Shown: positions 19,530 through 31,513, counted from the stretch's first letter. The stretch: 64,000 nt of DNA from Geopsychrobacteraceae bacterium (GCA_963662315.1 OY759353.1:2784001-2848000), one strand, 5' to 3'. Numbers and translations are program-made. The notes: generated from the sequence alone by a model not told the origin.

Positions 19530-21761
19530 TAAACGCTCGTGGAACGTCCGCGAAATAACATCCAGCTGCTGTTCGCGGGTCAGACGCGTGAAGTTAACCG
19601 CGTACCCGGAAACGCGGATGGTCAGCTGCGGGTACAGTTCAGGGTGCTCCATCGCATCTTTGAGCAGGTTACAGTCAAAGACGTTGACATTGATATGATG
19701 TCCGGTTTCTGCAAAATAACCGTCCAGCAGTCCACTCAGGTTCTGTACCCGAACCTGCTCGGTCTTACCAAGAGCTTTCGGTACAATCGAGAATGTGTAG
19801 GAAATACCATCTTCTGAATGACTGTAGGGCAGTTTAGCAACAGACGCCATCGATGCCACGGAACCATTACGGTCACGACCGTGCATTGGGTTGGCACCAG
19901 GAGCAAACGGCTCGCCAGCTTTACGGCCGTCTGGAGTGTTCCCGGTTTTCTTTCCATAAACCACGTTGGAGGTGATGGTCAGAATCGACATGGTCTGCTC
20001 GGAATCACGATAAGACTTATGCTTGCGCAGCTCTTCCATAAAACCTTCAACCAAGCCACAGGCAATGCTGTCAACGCGATCATCATTGTTACCGTAGGCC
20101 GGATAGTCCCCTTCAATCACGTAATCGATCGCAAGACCGGAATCATCACGGACAACCTTGACTCTGGTGTGCTTCATCGCTGAAAAGGCATCGGCAACAA
20201 TCGACAGACCGGCAATGCCGCCGGCAAGAGTCCGATGAACTTTGGCATTGTGCAACGCCATCTGCAGGCGCTCGTAAGCGTACTTGTCATGCATGTAGTG
20301 AATGACATTGAGGGTGTTCACATACAGACCAGCCAACCAGGCCTGGGTCTGCTTGAACTTGGCCATGACCTCATCGAAATCAAGATATTCTGCTGTAATG
20401 GGCTCAGTTACCGGTCCGATCTGTTTGCCACTCTTTTCATCACGGCCGCCGTTAATCGCATAAAGCAATGCCTTGGCCAGGTTACAGCGGGCGCCGAAGA
20501 ACTGCATCTGCTTACCGATTGGCATCGCAGAAACGCAACAGGCAATGCCGTAATCATCACCAAACTTAGGGCGCATGAGATCATCGTTCTCATACTGGAT
20601 GGTACTGGTATCGATGGAAACCTTGGCACAGAAATTCTTGAAATTCTGCGGCAATTGTTCGGACCAGAGAACGGTAAGGTTCGGCTCCGGAGCAGGACCG
20701 ATATTATAAACCGTGTGCAGTAAACGCATGCTGGTTTTGGTGCACAGAGGACGTTCGTCTATACCGACACCACCAATACACTCAGTAACCCAGGTCGGAT
20801 CCCCGGAGAACAGTTCGTCATAAGCTGGAGTGCGCAGGAAACGGATCATACGCAGTTTCATAACGAAATGATCAATGAACTCCTGGGCATCGGTCTCATT
20901 AATCAGACCGGCCTTCAGGTCGCGCTCGATATAGATATCAAAGAAGGTCGACACACGACCCAGGGACATCGCCGCACCATTTTGCTCTTTGGTTGCCGCC
21001 AGATAAGCCAGATAGGTCCATTGAATCGCTTCCTGAGCTGTCTCGGCAGGACGCCCCAGATCAAAACCATAGAACGCCCCCATGGTCTTAAGCTCTTCTA
21101 GAGCACGCAGTTGTTCGGAAAATTCCTCACGCAGACGCATAATATCTTCGGTCATGGCAACCGCGTTGGTATCTGCTTTCTGCTGCTTTTTATCGGCGAT
21201 CAGGAAATCGACTCCATACAAGGCAACCCGCCGGTAGTCACCGATAATACGTCCACGCCCGTAAGCATCAGGCAGACCGGTCATAAGGCCGGCAGAGCGA
21301 GCTGCCAGCATTTCCGGGGTGTAAACATCAAAAACACCATCGTTATGCGTTTTACGATACTTGGTATAAAACTCATTGAGCTTTTCATCGAATTTAAAAC
21401 CGTAAGCTTCAAGCCCGGTTTCAACCATCCGGCGCCCGCCGTTCGGCATAATGGCCCGCTTCAAAGGAGCTTCGGTCTGCAGACCGACAATTTTTTCCAA
21501 GGGTTGATCAATATAGCCAGGAGCATGAGAAACGATGGTCGATGGCATGTCGCAATCGGCACCAAGAACACCTTTTTCACGCTCAATTTTGTTCAATTCC
21601 AATACATTATGCCACAAGGCGGCAGTCGCTTCGGTCGGAGCGGCCAGAAATTCTGCATCACCTGTGTAAGGGGTATAATTGGTTTGGATAAAATCCCGGA
21701 CATCTACAGCTTGTTTCCAGTTTTCACCCTGAAAACCATTCCATGCTTGTTCAAACGCCAT
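19527..21761 (-). CDS. pflB: Formate C-acetyltransferase (pyruvate formate-lyase)
   Basis: IACCVS active-site Cys pair, TIRVSGYAV glycyl radical motif. Confidence 0.98.
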   Translation of the reverse strand: MAFEQAWNGFQGENWKQAVDVRDFIQTNYTPYTGDAEFLAAPTEATAALWHNVLELNKIEREKGVLGADCDMPSTIVSHAPGYIDQPLEKIVGLQTEAPLKRAIMPNGGRRMVETGLEAYGFKFDEKLNEFYTKYRKTHNDGVFDVYTPEMLAARSAGLMTGLPDAYGRGRIIGDYRRVALYGVDFLIADKKQQKADTNAVAMTEDIMRLREEFSEQLRALEELKTMGAFYGFDLGRPAETAQEAIQWTYLAYLAATKEQNGAAMSLGRVSTFFDIYIERDLKAGLINETDAQEFIDHFVMKLRMIRFLRTPAYDELFSGDPTWVTECIGGVGIDERPLCTKTSMRLLHTVYNIGPAPEPNLTVLWSEQLPQNFKNFCAKVSIDTSTIQYENDDLMRPKFGDDYGIACCVSAMPIGKQMQFFGARCNLAKALLYAINGGRDEKSGKQIGPVTEPITAEYLDFDEVMAKFKQTQAWLAGLYVNTLNVIHYMHDKYAYERLQMALHNAKVHRTLAGGIAGLSIVADAFSAMKHTRVKVVRDDSGLAIDYVIEGDYPAYGNNDDRVDSIACGLVEGFMEELRKHKSYRDSEQTMSILTITSNVVYGKKTGNTPDGRKAGEPFAPGANPMHGRDRNGSVASMASVAKLPYSHSEDGISYTFSIVPKALGKTEQVRVQNLSGLLDGYFAETGHHINVNVFDCNLLKDAMEHPELYPQLTIRVSGYAVNFTRLTREQQLDVISRTFHERL

Positions 21762-22189
21762 AACTTTAATTTATTCTCCTCTGGCTGTTCTGGCCCAAAA
21801 ACTGAATCAACCCTAACCAGCTAACCCAGTTTTCAGATTGTGCAAAAAAGACACTCAATGCTTTCTCAAAAAGCGGCCGGACTATAGCCGATTAAAACTT
21901 TCTCCGCAAGAGCAAGAATTGTATTTTCCCCTTTTTTTTCAATACAATAACTCACTTGAATACGGATTAAATCAAGGAAACAGAGTTTTGATTTTCAACA
22001 CAAAACTCAGGTTAAAATCCCTCCCTTTTAAGGCCATTTTTTTCTCACTTTAAACAAGCTGTTGAATTTCTCAATAATCCTAAATATCAGATAAAATCGG
22101 ACTTTCAGACAAGGATGTTCTACCAAAACCAACATTCTACTTATTTTGTAGAACACAGAATTATTTTTTACATTTTTTGCTTCGTTCTG

Positions 22190-22951
22190 TTACGCATCAC
22201 GATTTAACCACCAGTACAGTGCTCCGACTAAAAACCCGCCACCGACAATGTTACCAATGGTGACCCACAGCAGGTTATAGAGCATTCCCTGCACAGGAAC
22301 AGTAGAATTGGTCGCCAGCAAAGCCATGGAAAAGGTGCCCATATTGGCAATCGAGTGTTCAAACCCGAGAAACAGAAAGATAAAAATAATCAGCACAATG
22401 GAGGCAAATTTTGTGACCTCTTCTTTCAGGTGTAGCGCCACCCACACAGCCAGACAGACAATCCAGTTGGCCAGGATTCCTTTAAAAAACAGGATTCGGA
22501 TCGACTGTTCAACCTTATGTTCGGCACCGTTAAAAATAGCGTGGCTGGCCGGTAGTGCATCCAGGACACCGGCCCCCCATAACAATCCAGCGAACACAAA
22601 AGCTCCAAGCAGGTTCCCGACATAACACAGACTCCACAGTTTTGCCGTCTGTAGGCAGGTTGTCTCACCAAACAAGGTACCGCTGGTCATGTACATGGCA
22701 TTACTGGTGAAAAGCTCAGAACCCGTAACAATAATGATATAAAGACCAATACCAAAAAACATGGAGGCCAGAAAATTGCCAAACCCGGTGGCCGCCATCG
22801 AGTCTTTCAGCTGCCAGTATAAAAAGCAGATTAACGACAGGTATAACCCCGCCATCAGCGAACGTAGCAGGTAGGTCAGAGGCTGATTCTCAAGGAGTTT
22901 GATTTTCTTTTTTGCCGAAGCGATTGCGGTTGTGGTTGCCTGTTTTTCCAT
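22190..22951 (-). CDS. Formate/nitrite transporter (FNT family)
   Basis: GSELFTSN, GILANWIVCLA, FEHSIANM, GNIVGG. Confidence 0.95.
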   Translation of the reverse strand: MEKQATTTAIASAKKKIKLLENQPLTYLLRSLMAGLYLSLICFLYWQLKDSMAATGFGNFLASMFFGIGLYIIIVTGSELFTSNAMYMTSGTLFGETTCLQTAKLWSLCYVGNLLGAFVFAGLLWGAGVLDALPASHAIFNGAEHKVEQSIRILFFKGILANWIVCLAVWVALHLKEEVTKFASIVLIIFIFLFLGFEHSIANMGTFSMALLATNSTVPVQGMLYNLLWVTIGNIVGGGFLVGALYWWLNRDA

Positions 22952-23035
22952 TACTTTGTTCCTGTTCCTATCTCTGGATCTGATTAAATGTAGCGCCTCC
23001 GTAATAATATTAAGAGGAGCATTATTGTTGCCAAC

Positions 23036-23133
23036 GGGAAGTAAAATTTTTTGTCGTACTAGGAAATCAAACTGTTAGACGGAGGCGTAGCATGGCAGAT
23101 TGATGCAGTCACGACAGACGATGACCACTTCCC
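23036..23133. repeat. Degenerate type C-like repeat with internal inverted ends
   Basis: AGGAAATCAA..CGGAGGCGTAG..CAGATTGATGCAG; GGGAAGT...ACTTCCC ends. Confidence 0.5.
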
Positions 23134-23384
23134 TATGGAAAAGTAAAATTTGGCCTTTTTAGCCTATGTTCTGCATTGAGACAAGCCCAGAATCGGCATC
23201 AAAGGCCAGAATCTTGATAAAACTGCACAAGAACCGTTAGCCGGCCAGAACAGCAGGATCTGTTACCGAAGCTGTGATTTGAGTATTAATCTGTTTAATT
23301 GGCCCTTTCGCTTATGCTAGAATCCTGCCAAGCAATGTCTTGAGCTGAAGCCATTTTATTAATCAGTTTCCCCCCGGAGGATAC

Positions 23385-24407
23385 ATGGTCGCTGAAGAGA
23401 TCGGTACAACATTAAGTCAGCATATTATTGCAACGCAGAGAAACTATCCGCAGGCAAGCGGTCGATTCACCAGGATCTTCAATGAAATGGCCACCTGCGG
23501 CAAAATCATTACCAGCTATGTCAGACGCGCAGGTATTATCGATATCACCGGAAAACGGGGTACCACCAATATCCAGGGGGAGGAACAAGCCAAACTCGAC
23601 GTCATTGCCCATAATATTTTTGTCAATCGTATTTTGGAAACCGGTCTGATTGCCGGGGTGAACTCTGAAGAAAGTGATGAGTTTATCGAAGCGGAAGAAA
23701 AATATTCGCGCAATGCCAATTATATTCTGGCAACCGATCCCCTGGATGGTTCCTCCAACATTGATGTCAATGTTTCGGTCGGCACCATATTCTCTCTGCT
23801 GAAGCGGAAATCACCCATCGGTGAACGCTGCACCAAAGAGGATTTTTTACAAGCGGGCGATGAACAGATCGCAGCGGGATATATTCTGTATGGTTCCAGT
23901 ACTATCTTTACCTATACATCAGGGCAAGGAGTTTATTGTTTTACCCTTGACCCGACAGTTGGTGAATATCTGCTTTCCCACTCAAGAATGACGATTGCCG
24001 AAACAGGTAACATCTACTCGGCCAATGAAGGGAATAAAAAATACTGGGATAAAGCAAACCAGCAACTGCTTGATTACTTTCAGGGCAATCATGTGGACAA
24101 TGAGAAGCCCTATGCCGGTCGCTACATTGGCTCTCTGATTGCCGACGTCCACCGCAACATCCTAAAAGGCGGAATTTACCTTTACCCACGGGCGACAAAA
24201 AATGGCACAACCGACAATGGTAAACTCCGGCTGCTTTACGAAGCCAATCCACTGGCTTTTGTGATTGAACAGGCTGGCGGTGCAGCCACCGATGGCAAGC
24301 GCAGGATCATGGAAATTCAACCGACAGATATTCATCAACGCGTTCCCTTGTACATCGGCAGTAAAAGAGAGGTCGAACTGGCTGGCCAGTTTATTGCGAC
24401 CTATTGA
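23385..24407 (+). CDS. fbp: Fructose-1,6-bisphosphatase class 1
   Basis: DPLDGSSNIDVN, RYIGSLIADVHR, GKLRLLYEANP. Confidence 0.97.
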   Translation: MVAEEIGTTLSQHIIATQRNYPQASGRFTRIFNEMATCGKIITSYVRRAGIIDITGKRGTTNIQGEEQAKLDVIAHNIFVNRILETGLIAGVNSEESDEFIEAEEKYSRNANYILATDPLDGSSNIDVNVSVGTIFSLLKRKSPIGERCTKEDFLQAGDEQIAAGYILYGSSTIFTYTSGQGVYCFTLDPTVGEYLLSHSRMTIAETGNIYSANEGNKKYWDKANQQLLDYFQGNHVDNEKPYAGRYIGSLIADVHRNILKGGIYLYPRATKNGTTDNGKLRLLYEANPLAFVIEQAGGAATDGKRRIMEIQPTDIHQRVPLYIGSKREVELAGQFIATY

Positions 24408-24562
24408 ACCTGGGACAACTATCTGAAATTGCTACCTGCCACCAGACAGGAAATGTTGCAGCCAGTCCAAAAAAATGGCATAACAACTACAGAGATATTG
24501 CCAAAGAAAACTTGATCCGCTAACGGAATATTTGCAACTCACCAAATCGAAAGAGGTCATTC

Positions 24563-24838
24563 ATGTATTACGTTATTCGTTGCGTCGATAAAGCCGACTC
24601 TTTACAGATCCGTCAGGATAACCGCCCGGCTCATATCGAGTATCTGAAAAGCAATCTTGATCTTCTTCACGCTGCCGGTCCGGTTCTGGATGCCGCAGAA
24701 CAGATGTGTGGATCCGTTATTATCCTTGATGTTGCCGATCTGGCTGCCGCCGAAGCGTTTGCCGCTGGCGACCCCTATGCCAAAGCCGGGCTGTTTGCCA
24801 GTGTCACTATCGACCGCTGGAACAAAGTCCTCCCCTAA
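24563..24838 (+). CDS. YciI family protein
   Basis: RPAHIEYL, AGP, GS, DPY motifs. Confidence 0.92.
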   Translation: MYYVIRCVDKADSLQIRQDNRPAHIEYLKSNLDLLHAAGPVLDAAEQMCGSVIILDVADLAAAEAFAAGDPYAKAGLFASVTIDRWNKVLP

Positions 24839-24861
24839 CGGTCCCCAGGACAATGATTTCC

Positions 24862-24887
24862 GCAACGCCCTCAGCTGAGGGCGTTGT
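24862..24887. terminator. Hairpin between convergent genes
   Basis: CAACGCCCTC-AGCT-GAGGGCGTTG. Confidence 0.7.
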
Positions 24888-24891
24888 TTAT

Positions 24892-25284
24892 TTACAAGCT
24901 CTTGATATAGGCCTCTTTGCTCTCACCTGAAAAGTCTCGGAGACACCACTTCTGATCGCTCAATTGATGTCTGTACTCTGCCTTTAAAATATATGTTTCA
25001 GCTGTGATCTTAGCACCATCGTCACAACTGACCATGACCTGGCACCGTTCGTATAAATCTCCTTCGTAGATATCCAGGTTGACCAGATCCGCGCGGGAAA
25101 TCTCACTGTAGAGTAGGCCCGTTACCCGTTCACTTTCGGCTGGCACTATAGCCGGAAACATTTCTCCGGTAACTTTCCGGCACTTAAAACCCTCAAGCTG
25201 TGCAGCAATGCCGCGAAAGGTCCGCCCACACACCTGCTGCACAACATCCGGATCAAGCAGGGTTCCGTAGACAAAAAGCGTCAT
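24892..25284 (-). CDS. Gamma-glutamylcyclotransferase (AIG2-like) family protein
   Basis: LFVYGTL, LDIYEG. Confidence 0.9.
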   Translation of the reverse strand: MTLFVYGTLLDPDVVQQVCGRTFRGIAAQLEGFKCRKVTGEMFPAIVPAESERVTGLLYSEISRADLVNLDIYEGDLYERCQVMVSCDDGAKITAETYILKAEYRHQLSDQKWCLRDFSGESKEAYIKSL

Positions 25285-25297
25285 CAGTTTTTGTTAC

Positions 25298-25801
25298 TCA
25301 CACGTCAATCCTGTCAGGCAATTCACCATCGGGAGCAAACCATTCATTATCGAGAAATTCACCCGTGGTAATCTGGCTGATGCGCCGCTTCAGGTATTTT
25401 CCTTCGGCGCTGACCGCAATACTGCCATCGGGTAAATACAATTCACCACTGCCCGCGAAACGCATGCCACTGTCACGCGTTATGCGAGCGACCGCTTTCA
25501 GTTCAACCCCCAATGGCACCGGCTTGCGGTACTTGACCTGCAGATCCATGGTCACCCCAAAGGTTTCCTCGTCATGATGAATCATAATCGCCCGGCCAAT
25601 CACCTCATCGAGCAGAGCAGCGGATACGCCACCATGAGCAATGCCAGGATAGCTCTGATGCTCTTCCCGAGGGGTAAAAACCGCGACCAATTCATTTTCT
25701 TCTGTTTCGTAAAAGCGGGTTTTTAAACCAAACTGATTTTCAATCCCGCACACCATGCAATAACGTGAAATATGCTGCCCCTTTAAAACCTTATGTGTCA
25801 T
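25298..25801 (-). CDS. PaaI/hotdog-fold thioesterase
   Basis: CMVCG..N..GL, YPGIAHGG...LLDE. Confidence 0.9.
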   Translation of the reverse strand: MTHKVLKGQHISRYCMVCGIENQFGLKTRFYETEENELVAVFTPREEHQSYPGIAHGGVSAALLDEVIGRAIMIHHDEETFGVTMDLQVKYRKPVPLGVELKAVARITRDSGMRFAGSGELYLPDGSIAVSAEGKYLKRRISQITTGEFLDNEWFAPDGELPDRIDV

Positions 25802-26407
25802 TTCTTCCCTCAATTTAGAATTTATCTGCAAACCATTACGACCAAGACCGTTGCCACCCCCAGAAGGACAGCTTCAGTAAGAAATTGCGCAAAGGTATAC
25901 CTTAACAGAAAGTCTGGCGGTTGTTAAAAACAACTCTGCAAACAGAGACATTCCTGCCCCCAAAAGCTGTCCGTCAACCTTTATCCATGAGCGTTTCCAT
26001 CGGGCAGCGGCAATGCAACGAATAATCCTTTCGCTAAAAATAAATTATTATTTTAAATCCACATATGAAGAAAATAACAGCGTGACGATCTATAAGCAGA
26101 GAAACATAGGATGAATCATACAGAGCGACCACTCCAAATAGTATGAATTAATCCATCTTATTGATTTAAAATTCTTTTACAAAAACAAGACATCTTCATT
26201 TTAATTGTTCAGTGAACCTGATCCGATCTTGGCAGGACCAAATAGCACCCAGTAGGACAGCGCTGTTTTACGCCGAATCTTCGCCATTTTAAAACACTTT
26301 TTGTCTTCCTTTTCGGAATAAAAAAGTTTGACAAAAAGACCTCTCTCCGTTAAAAAAACGTGGTCTTACCATTATATTCATTTCCGATCGACTGGAGCAT
26401 AATTAAC

Positions 26408-26989
26408 ATGGTTTCTCTGCTACTCATTTTGATCAGTGCCGTTTTCGTGAACAACTTTGTTCTTGCCCGGTTCCTTGGAATCTGTCCGTTTCTTGGTGTT
26501 TCCAAAAAAGTTGAAACAGCCATCGGTATGGGAATGGCGGTTATTTTTGTCATGACTGTTGCCTCGGTCGTGACCTGGTTCATTCAGTACTTCATCCTGA
26601 CGCCCTTCGGTATTGATTACCTGCAGACAATCGCCTTCATCCTAGTCATTGCATCCCTGGTTCAGCTTGTCGAAATGGTCATCCAGAAAACAAGCCCGGT
26701 CCTTTACCAGTCCCTCGGCATCTTCCTGCCTCTGATTACGACCAACTGTGCCGTTCTCGGGGTCGCCGTTCTGAATATCCAAAAGACCTACACTTTCATC
26801 GAATCTCTGGTCTTTGCCGTGGGTGCCGGTATCGGCTTTACCCTTGCCATGGTGCTGTTTGCCGGCCTGCGCGAGCGTATTGAGTTGTGTCCGGTCCCCA
26901 AAAGCTTTCGTGGTACCGCCATTGCCATGGTCACGGCAGGCTTGCTGTCACTGGCATTCATGGGCTTTGCCGGCCTGGTTAAAGGTTAA
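26408..26989 (+). CDS. rnfA: Rnf electron transport complex subunit A
   Basis: [31 protein letters not shown]. Confidence 0.96.
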   Translation: MVSLLLILISAVFVNNFVLARFLGICPFLGVSKKVETAIGMGMAVIFVMTVASVVTWFIQYFILTPFGIDYLQTIAFILVIASLVQLVEMVIQKTSPVLYQSLGIFLPLITTNCAVLGVAVLNIQKTYTFIESLVFAVGAGIGFTLAMVLFAGLRERIELCPVPKSFRGTAIAMVTAGLLSLAFMGFAGLVKG

Positions 26990-27070
26990 CTTAATTTATC
27001 ATCCTTATACATGCAGACTCCGTCCGTTACTTACGTGTGCGGAGGACTGCGGTTTGTTTGAGAGGAATTC

Positions 27071-27919
27071 ATGCTCACAGCAATTCTTTGTCTTGGTGGA
27101 ATCGGACTGATCGCCTCAGCGACCCTTGGTCTTGCATCGAAAAAATTTGCCGTTGAAGTAGATCCCCGCGAAGCGGCAATTCTCGAAAGTCTTCCCGGAG
27201 CGAACTGCGGCGCCTGTGGTGAACCCGGCTGTTCCGGTTATGCCAAAGGGGTTGCCGAAGGACGTCTGGCACCGAACCTGTGTACACCGGGTGGCGCTGG
27301 AACCGTCGCCGCGATAGCTGAAATTCTTGGCGTTGAGGCCGTGACGGCTGAACCAAAAGTTGCTGTGGTTAAATGCCAGGGCGATAACAGTAAAGCGGCC
27401 AGCAAATATAAGTACCTCGGCATGTACGACTGTAATGCTGCCCAGAAACTGGCTGACGGACCCAAAACCTGCCCGAGCGGCTGTCTCGGCCTGGGATCCT
27501 GCGCGAAAGCCTGCCCATTCGGAGCTATCGAGATGACCGAGCTGGGACTGGCTGTCATTGACCGGGAAAAATGTACCGGCTGCGAAAAATGTGTCGCTGT
27601 CTGCCCGCGCCAGGTCATCTCCATGACCCCCAAAGCGGTCACCACTCATGTTCTGTGCAACAGCCATGACAAGGGTGCTGCCGTCCGCAAATATTGTGAA
27701 GTTGGCTGTATTGGCTGCAACATCTGCAAAAAGACCGTTCCCGAAGCCTATGCAATTGAAAACTTCCTGGCCAGCGTGATCTATGAAAGCGCCACAGGCG
27801 CTGAAGCTGCCATCGAAAAATGTCCGATGAAATGTATCCGCGATTTCAGTACCGGCTATCCGGAAGGAAGCAGCTTTACTGCTCCTAACGCTCCGGCCAA
27901 GCAGGAAACTGCAGCATAA
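27071..27919 (+). CDS. rnfB: Rnf complex subunit B
   Basis: LPGANCGACG..GC plus several ferredoxin motifs. Confidence 0.95.
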   Translation: MLTAILCLGGIGLIASATLGLASKKFAVEVDPREAAILESLPGANCGACGEPGCSGYAKGVAEGRLAPNLCTPGGAGTVAAIAEILGVEAVTAEPKVAVVKCQGDNSKAASKYKYLGMYDCNAAQKLADGPKTCPSGCLGLGSCAKACPFGAIEMTELGLAVIDREKCTGCEKCVAVCPRQVISMTPKAVTTHVLCNSHDKGAAVRKYCEVGCIGCNICKKTVPEAYAIENFLASVIYESATGAEAAIEKCPMKCIRDFSTGYPEGSSFTAPNAPAKQETAA

Positions 27920-27936
27920 AAAGGATTGAAACAGGT

Positions 27937-29253
27937 ATGAATCTCAAAACTTTTGCGGGTGGACTTCATCCGCCAGACAGCAAGCATTATTCCGCGCACA
28001 AGGCGATTGAGAACTGCCCACTGCCAGAAGAGTTGGTTATTCCAGCCGCCCAGCACATTGGGGCTCCGGCCGAAATCTGTGTTGCCGTAGGTGATCAGGT
28101 TAAAAAAGGTTCGGTCATCGCCAATCCTAAAGGTTTCGTTTCGGTGCCGATCCACGCTTCGACCTCTGGTGAGGTTATTGCCGTTGAACCGCGCCTGCAC
28201 CCGACCGGGCGTCTTTTACCATCGGTTGTTATCAAACCTGATGGTCTTGACGAATGGGATCCAACCCTGAGTGGCAACGATCCTGATCAACTTGACGCAG
28301 ACACCCTGAAGAAACTCATTTGTTCTGCAGGTATTGTCGGCTTGGGTGGTGCGACCTTCCCTGCCCACGTCAAGCTGTCCCCCCCGGCAGAAAAACCCAT
28401 CGACACCCTGATTCTCAATGGTGTCGAATGTGAACCGTTTCTGACCGCCGATCATCGTTTGATGCTTGAACAAAGCGAGCGCATTATTGACGGGATCAAG
28501 ATCCTGCTTAAAGTTCTCGGGATCAGCAAAGCAGTTATCGGTATTGAAAATAATAAACCGGATGCTATTGAAAAACTGACTGCTGAATGCGCTCCCCACG
28601 GCATTGACGTTCAGGCCCTCGAAGTCAAATATCCACAAGGCGCCGAGAAACAGCTTATTGACGCCATTACCGGACGTCAGGTTCCTTCCGGGGGACTGCC
28701 GATGGATTGTGGTGTCGTGGTGCAGAATGTTGGTACCGCGGCTGCGATCAGCGACGCAATCCGCCTTGGTCACCCATTGGTGGAACGGATTGCGACGGTA
28801 ACCGGTCCGGCTGTTAAAGAGCCGAAAAACCTGAAGATCGCCATCGGGACGTCTCTGTCTCACATGGTTGACTTCTGCGGCGGTCTGAACTGCGAACCGG
28901 GAAAAATTATCATGGGTGGCCCAATGATGGGGCAGACCCAGATTTCTCTCGATGTTCCTGCTGTGCGTGGTACCTCCGGGGTCCTTATCTTTGGTGCGGA
29001 TCAGATCGATACCAGACCGGCTGGGCCCTGCATCCGCTGTGGCCGTTGTATCAGCGTCTGCCCGATTCATCTGCAGCCGACCTCAATCGCGACCTATGCA
29101 CGCTTAGATCTCGTTGATGAAGCCGAGCGATTCAACGCACTTGATTGTATCGAGTGTGGTTGCTGTACCTACATTTGCCCGGCCTCTTTACCGTTGGTTC
29201 AATCGATCCGTCATATCAAGGGCGGCATCATGGCCAAGAGAAGGAAGTCCTGA
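27937..29253 (+). CDS. rnfC: Rnf complex subunit C
   Basis: GIVGLGGATFP, NGVECEP, YPQGAEKQL, two C-terminal 4Fe-4S motifs. Confidence 0.96.
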   Translation: MNLKTFAGGLHPPDSKHYSAHKAIENCPLPEELVIPAAQHIGAPAEICVAVGDQVKKGSVIANPKGFVSVPIHASTSGEVIAVEPRLHPTGRLLPSVVIKPDGLDEWDPTLSGNDPDQLDADTLKKLICSAGIVGLGGATFPAHVKLSPPAEKPIDTLILNGVECEPFLTADHRLMLEQSERIIDGIKILLKVLGISKAVIGIENNKPDAIEKLTAECAPHGIDVQALEVKYPQGAEKQLIDAITGRQVPSGGLPMDCGVVVQNVGTAAAISDAIRLGHPLVERIATVTGPAVKEPKNLKIAIGTSLSHMVDFCGGLNCEPGKIIMGGPMMGQTQISLDVPAVRGTSGVLIFGADQIDTRPAGPCIRCGRCISVCPIHLQPTSIATYARLDLVDEAERFNALDCIECGCCTYICPASLPLVQSIRHIKGGIMAKRRKS

Positions 29254-29254
29254 C

Positions 29255-30244
29255 GTGGAAAATCAGCTTTATTTATCATCTTCCCCCCATGTGCACAGTC
29301 CGGAAACGACTGATAAAATCATGCGGCTGGTCATCTACGCCCTGCTGCCAGCAGTTATCGTTTCCCTGTATTTTTTTGGTCTGCCTGCGCTGAAAACAAT
29401 GGTCCTCTGTACCCTTGGTGCTGTTGCCTTTGAGGCATTGAGCTGCAAGATCATGAAACAACCGCTGTCCATCGCTGATGGTTCAGGAGCATTAACCGGG
29501 ATTCTGCTGGCCCTCAATATGCCTGCATCCAGCCCCTGGTGGATGTCATTGTTCGGAGCGGCCATCGCCATTATCATCGGCAAGATGATTTACGGCGGTC
29601 TGGGTTACAATCCGTTCAATCCAGCCCTTGTGGCCCGGGTGGTCCTGCTGATTTCCTTCCCGGTACAGATGACGTCCTGGACGGCCCCAGCACCCCTGAC
29701 CAGTGGTCTTGATGCCGTGACAGCTGCAACGCCACTCGGTGAAATGAAAACTGCCGTCATGCTGACCGGCAAACTTCCAGAACTGGCAACCAGCGGCTTC
29801 GGCAACTATTTTGTCGGTAACATGGGTGGTTGCCTCGGTGAAGTATCAGCCATCGCCCTGTTACTCGGTGGTCTGTTCCTGATTTTCAAAAAGGTGATCA
29901 GCTGGCATATTCCCGTCAGTTTCCTCGGCACTGTCATCGTGTTCGGCGGTATTTTCTGGTTGGCCGATCCAAGCAAATATCCTAACCCGCTGTTCCATCT
30001 GGTGACCGGTGGTCTGCTCCTCGGTGCCTTCTTCATGGCAACCGACATGGTTACTTCTCCAGTCACCTACCGCGGCATGCTCATTTTCGGTTTTGGTTGC
30101 GGTGTATTGACTGTGCTCATTCGTCTGTTCGGCGGTTATCCAGAGGGTGTATCCTTCGCCATCCTGCTGATGAACGCTGTTACCCCACTTATTGATCGTT
30201 ACAGCCGCCCGAAAATCTATGGGCAGGTTGAAACAAAAGCCTAA
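29255..30244 (+). CDS. rnfD: Rnf complex subunit D
   Basis: GTG start, SSSPH, GGLGYNPFNPA, ATPL FMN site, FMATD. Confidence 0.96.
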   Translation: MENQLYLSSSPHVHSPETTDKIMRLVIYALLPAVIVSLYFFGLPALKTMVLCTLGAVAFEALSCKIMKQPLSIADGSGALTGILLALNMPASSPWWMSLFGAAIAIIIGKMIYGGLGYNPFNPALVARVVLLISFPVQMTSWTAPAPLTSGLDAVTAATPLGEMKTAVMLTGKLPELATSGFGNYFVGNMGGCLGEVSAIALLLGGLFLIFKKVISWHIPVSFLGTVIVFGGIFWLADPSKYPNPLFHLVTGGLLLGAFFMATDMVTSPVTYRGMLIFGFGCGVLTVLIRLFGGYPEGVSFAILLMNAVTPLIDRYSRPKIYGQVETKA

Positions 30245-30263
30245 AGGCGGAGGAGAGTAGATT

Positions 30264-30866
30264 ATGAAAGATATCAGCCGCCTGCTTATCGCCCTGACCC
30301 TGATCGCTGGCTGTGCGGGTTTTGTCCTGTCACTGGTCGAAGGTGTCACCCGCGAGCCGATCAAGGAACAGCGCCGCCTGCAAATGGTCAAAGCCTTAAG
30401 CGCAGTACTTCCCGAATTTGACAACAGCCCCGACACCGATACCGTTGTCCTGAACAATGGTGTCGACGCTAAAGGCAATCCGGTTGAGGTGACCTTTTAC
30501 CGGGCCCGTAAAAGCGACGCCCTGGTTGGAACCGCATTCAAAGTTGTCGCTCCCGATGGCTACAGTGGGAATATCGAGGTTATGGTTGGCTTGAAACCTG
30601 ATGAAACCCTCAATGCCATTGAAATTCTGGCCCACGCTGAAACCCCGGGTCTCGGCGCCCGCATCTCGGAGCCGGTTTTCAAGGATCAGTTTAAGAACAA
30701 AGGACTCGACAATGCTGATTGGCGAGTCAAGAAAGATGGTGGTGAATTCGACCAGATCTCCGGTGCTACCATTTCTCCGCGCGCCATTGTCGGTGCGGTT
30801 AAAAGCGGTCTCAATTTCTATCGCGAGCATCAACAGGAAATTGTCGCAGAGGGAGCAGCCAAATGA
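30264..30866 (+). CDS. rnfG: Rnf complex subunit G
   Basis: GYSG, ETPGLG, SGAT FMN motif. Confidence 0.96.
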   Translation: MKDISRLLIALTLIAGCAGFVLSLVEGVTREPIKEQRRLQMVKALSAVLPEFDNSPDTDTVVLNNGVDAKGNPVEVTFYRARKSDALVGTAFKVVAPDGYSGNIEVMVGLKPDETLNAIEILAHAETPGLGARISEPVFKDQFKNKGLDNADWRVKKDGGEFDQISGATISPRAIVGAVKSGLNFYREHQQEIVAEGAAK

Positions 30867-31450
30867 GTTTAGTTCAAGATCTTACTAAAGGTATCTGGAA
30901 AGAGAATGCCGTATTCAAGCTGTTGCTTGGTATGTGTCCGACCCTCGCGGTAACCACCAGCGCCGAAAATGCCCTGGGTATGGGACTGGCAACCACTTTC
31001 GTTCTTGTCTGTTCGAACATTGCGATTGCCATGCTGCGTAAGCTGATTCCATCCAAGGTGCGGATTCCGGCGTTTATCATTATTATCGCCTCCTTCGTTA
31101 CCGTTGTTCAGCTGTCAATGGAAGCTTGGGTTTATGACCTTTATCAAGCCCTCGGTATCTTTATTCCGCTGATCGTCGTTAACTGCCTGATTCTCGGCCG
31201 TGCCGAAGCTTTTGCGTCGAAAAATCCGGTTCTGAATTCAGTCTTTGACGGCATCGGTATGGGTCTCGGCTTTACGCTGGGCCTGTTTATCCTGGGTGCT
31301 GTTCGTGAACTGTTTGGTGCCGGGTCAATCCTTGGCTTCAGCCTTTTCGGTGGCGGTTATCAACCGATCCTGCTGATGATTCTGCCGCCAGGTGCCTTTA
31401 TTACCCTGGGCCTGTTGCTGGCTGGCATGAATAAGTTTGAATCCAAGTAA
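30863..31450 (+). CDS. rnfE: Rnf complex subunit E
   Basis: LLGMCPTLAVT, IPLIVVNC, LPPGAF. Confidence 0.96.
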   Translation: MSLVQDLTKGIWKENAVFKLLLGMCPTLAVTTSAENALGMGLATTFVLVCSNIAIAMLRKLIPSKVRIPAFIIIIASFVTVVQLSMEAWVYDLYQALGIFIPLIVVNCLILGRAEAFASKNPVLNSVFDGIGMGLGFTLGLFILGAVRELFGAGSILGFSLFGGGYQPILLMILPPGAFITLGLLLAGMNKFESK

Positions 31451-31470
31451 TTCGACGTTTCCAGTGTGAA

Positions 31471-31513
31471 AATAAAAAGGCGCTGTTCCAAACCGGAACA
31501 GCGCCTTTTTATT
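31471..31513. terminator. Bidirectional terminator
   Basis: AATAAAAAGGCGCTGTTCC-5-GGAACAGCGCCTTTTTATT. Confidence 0.92.

Noticed and set aside
25840..26350. Long intergenic region before rnfA as a possible riboswitch
   Set aside because: No recognisable aptamer consensus or convincing structure by eye
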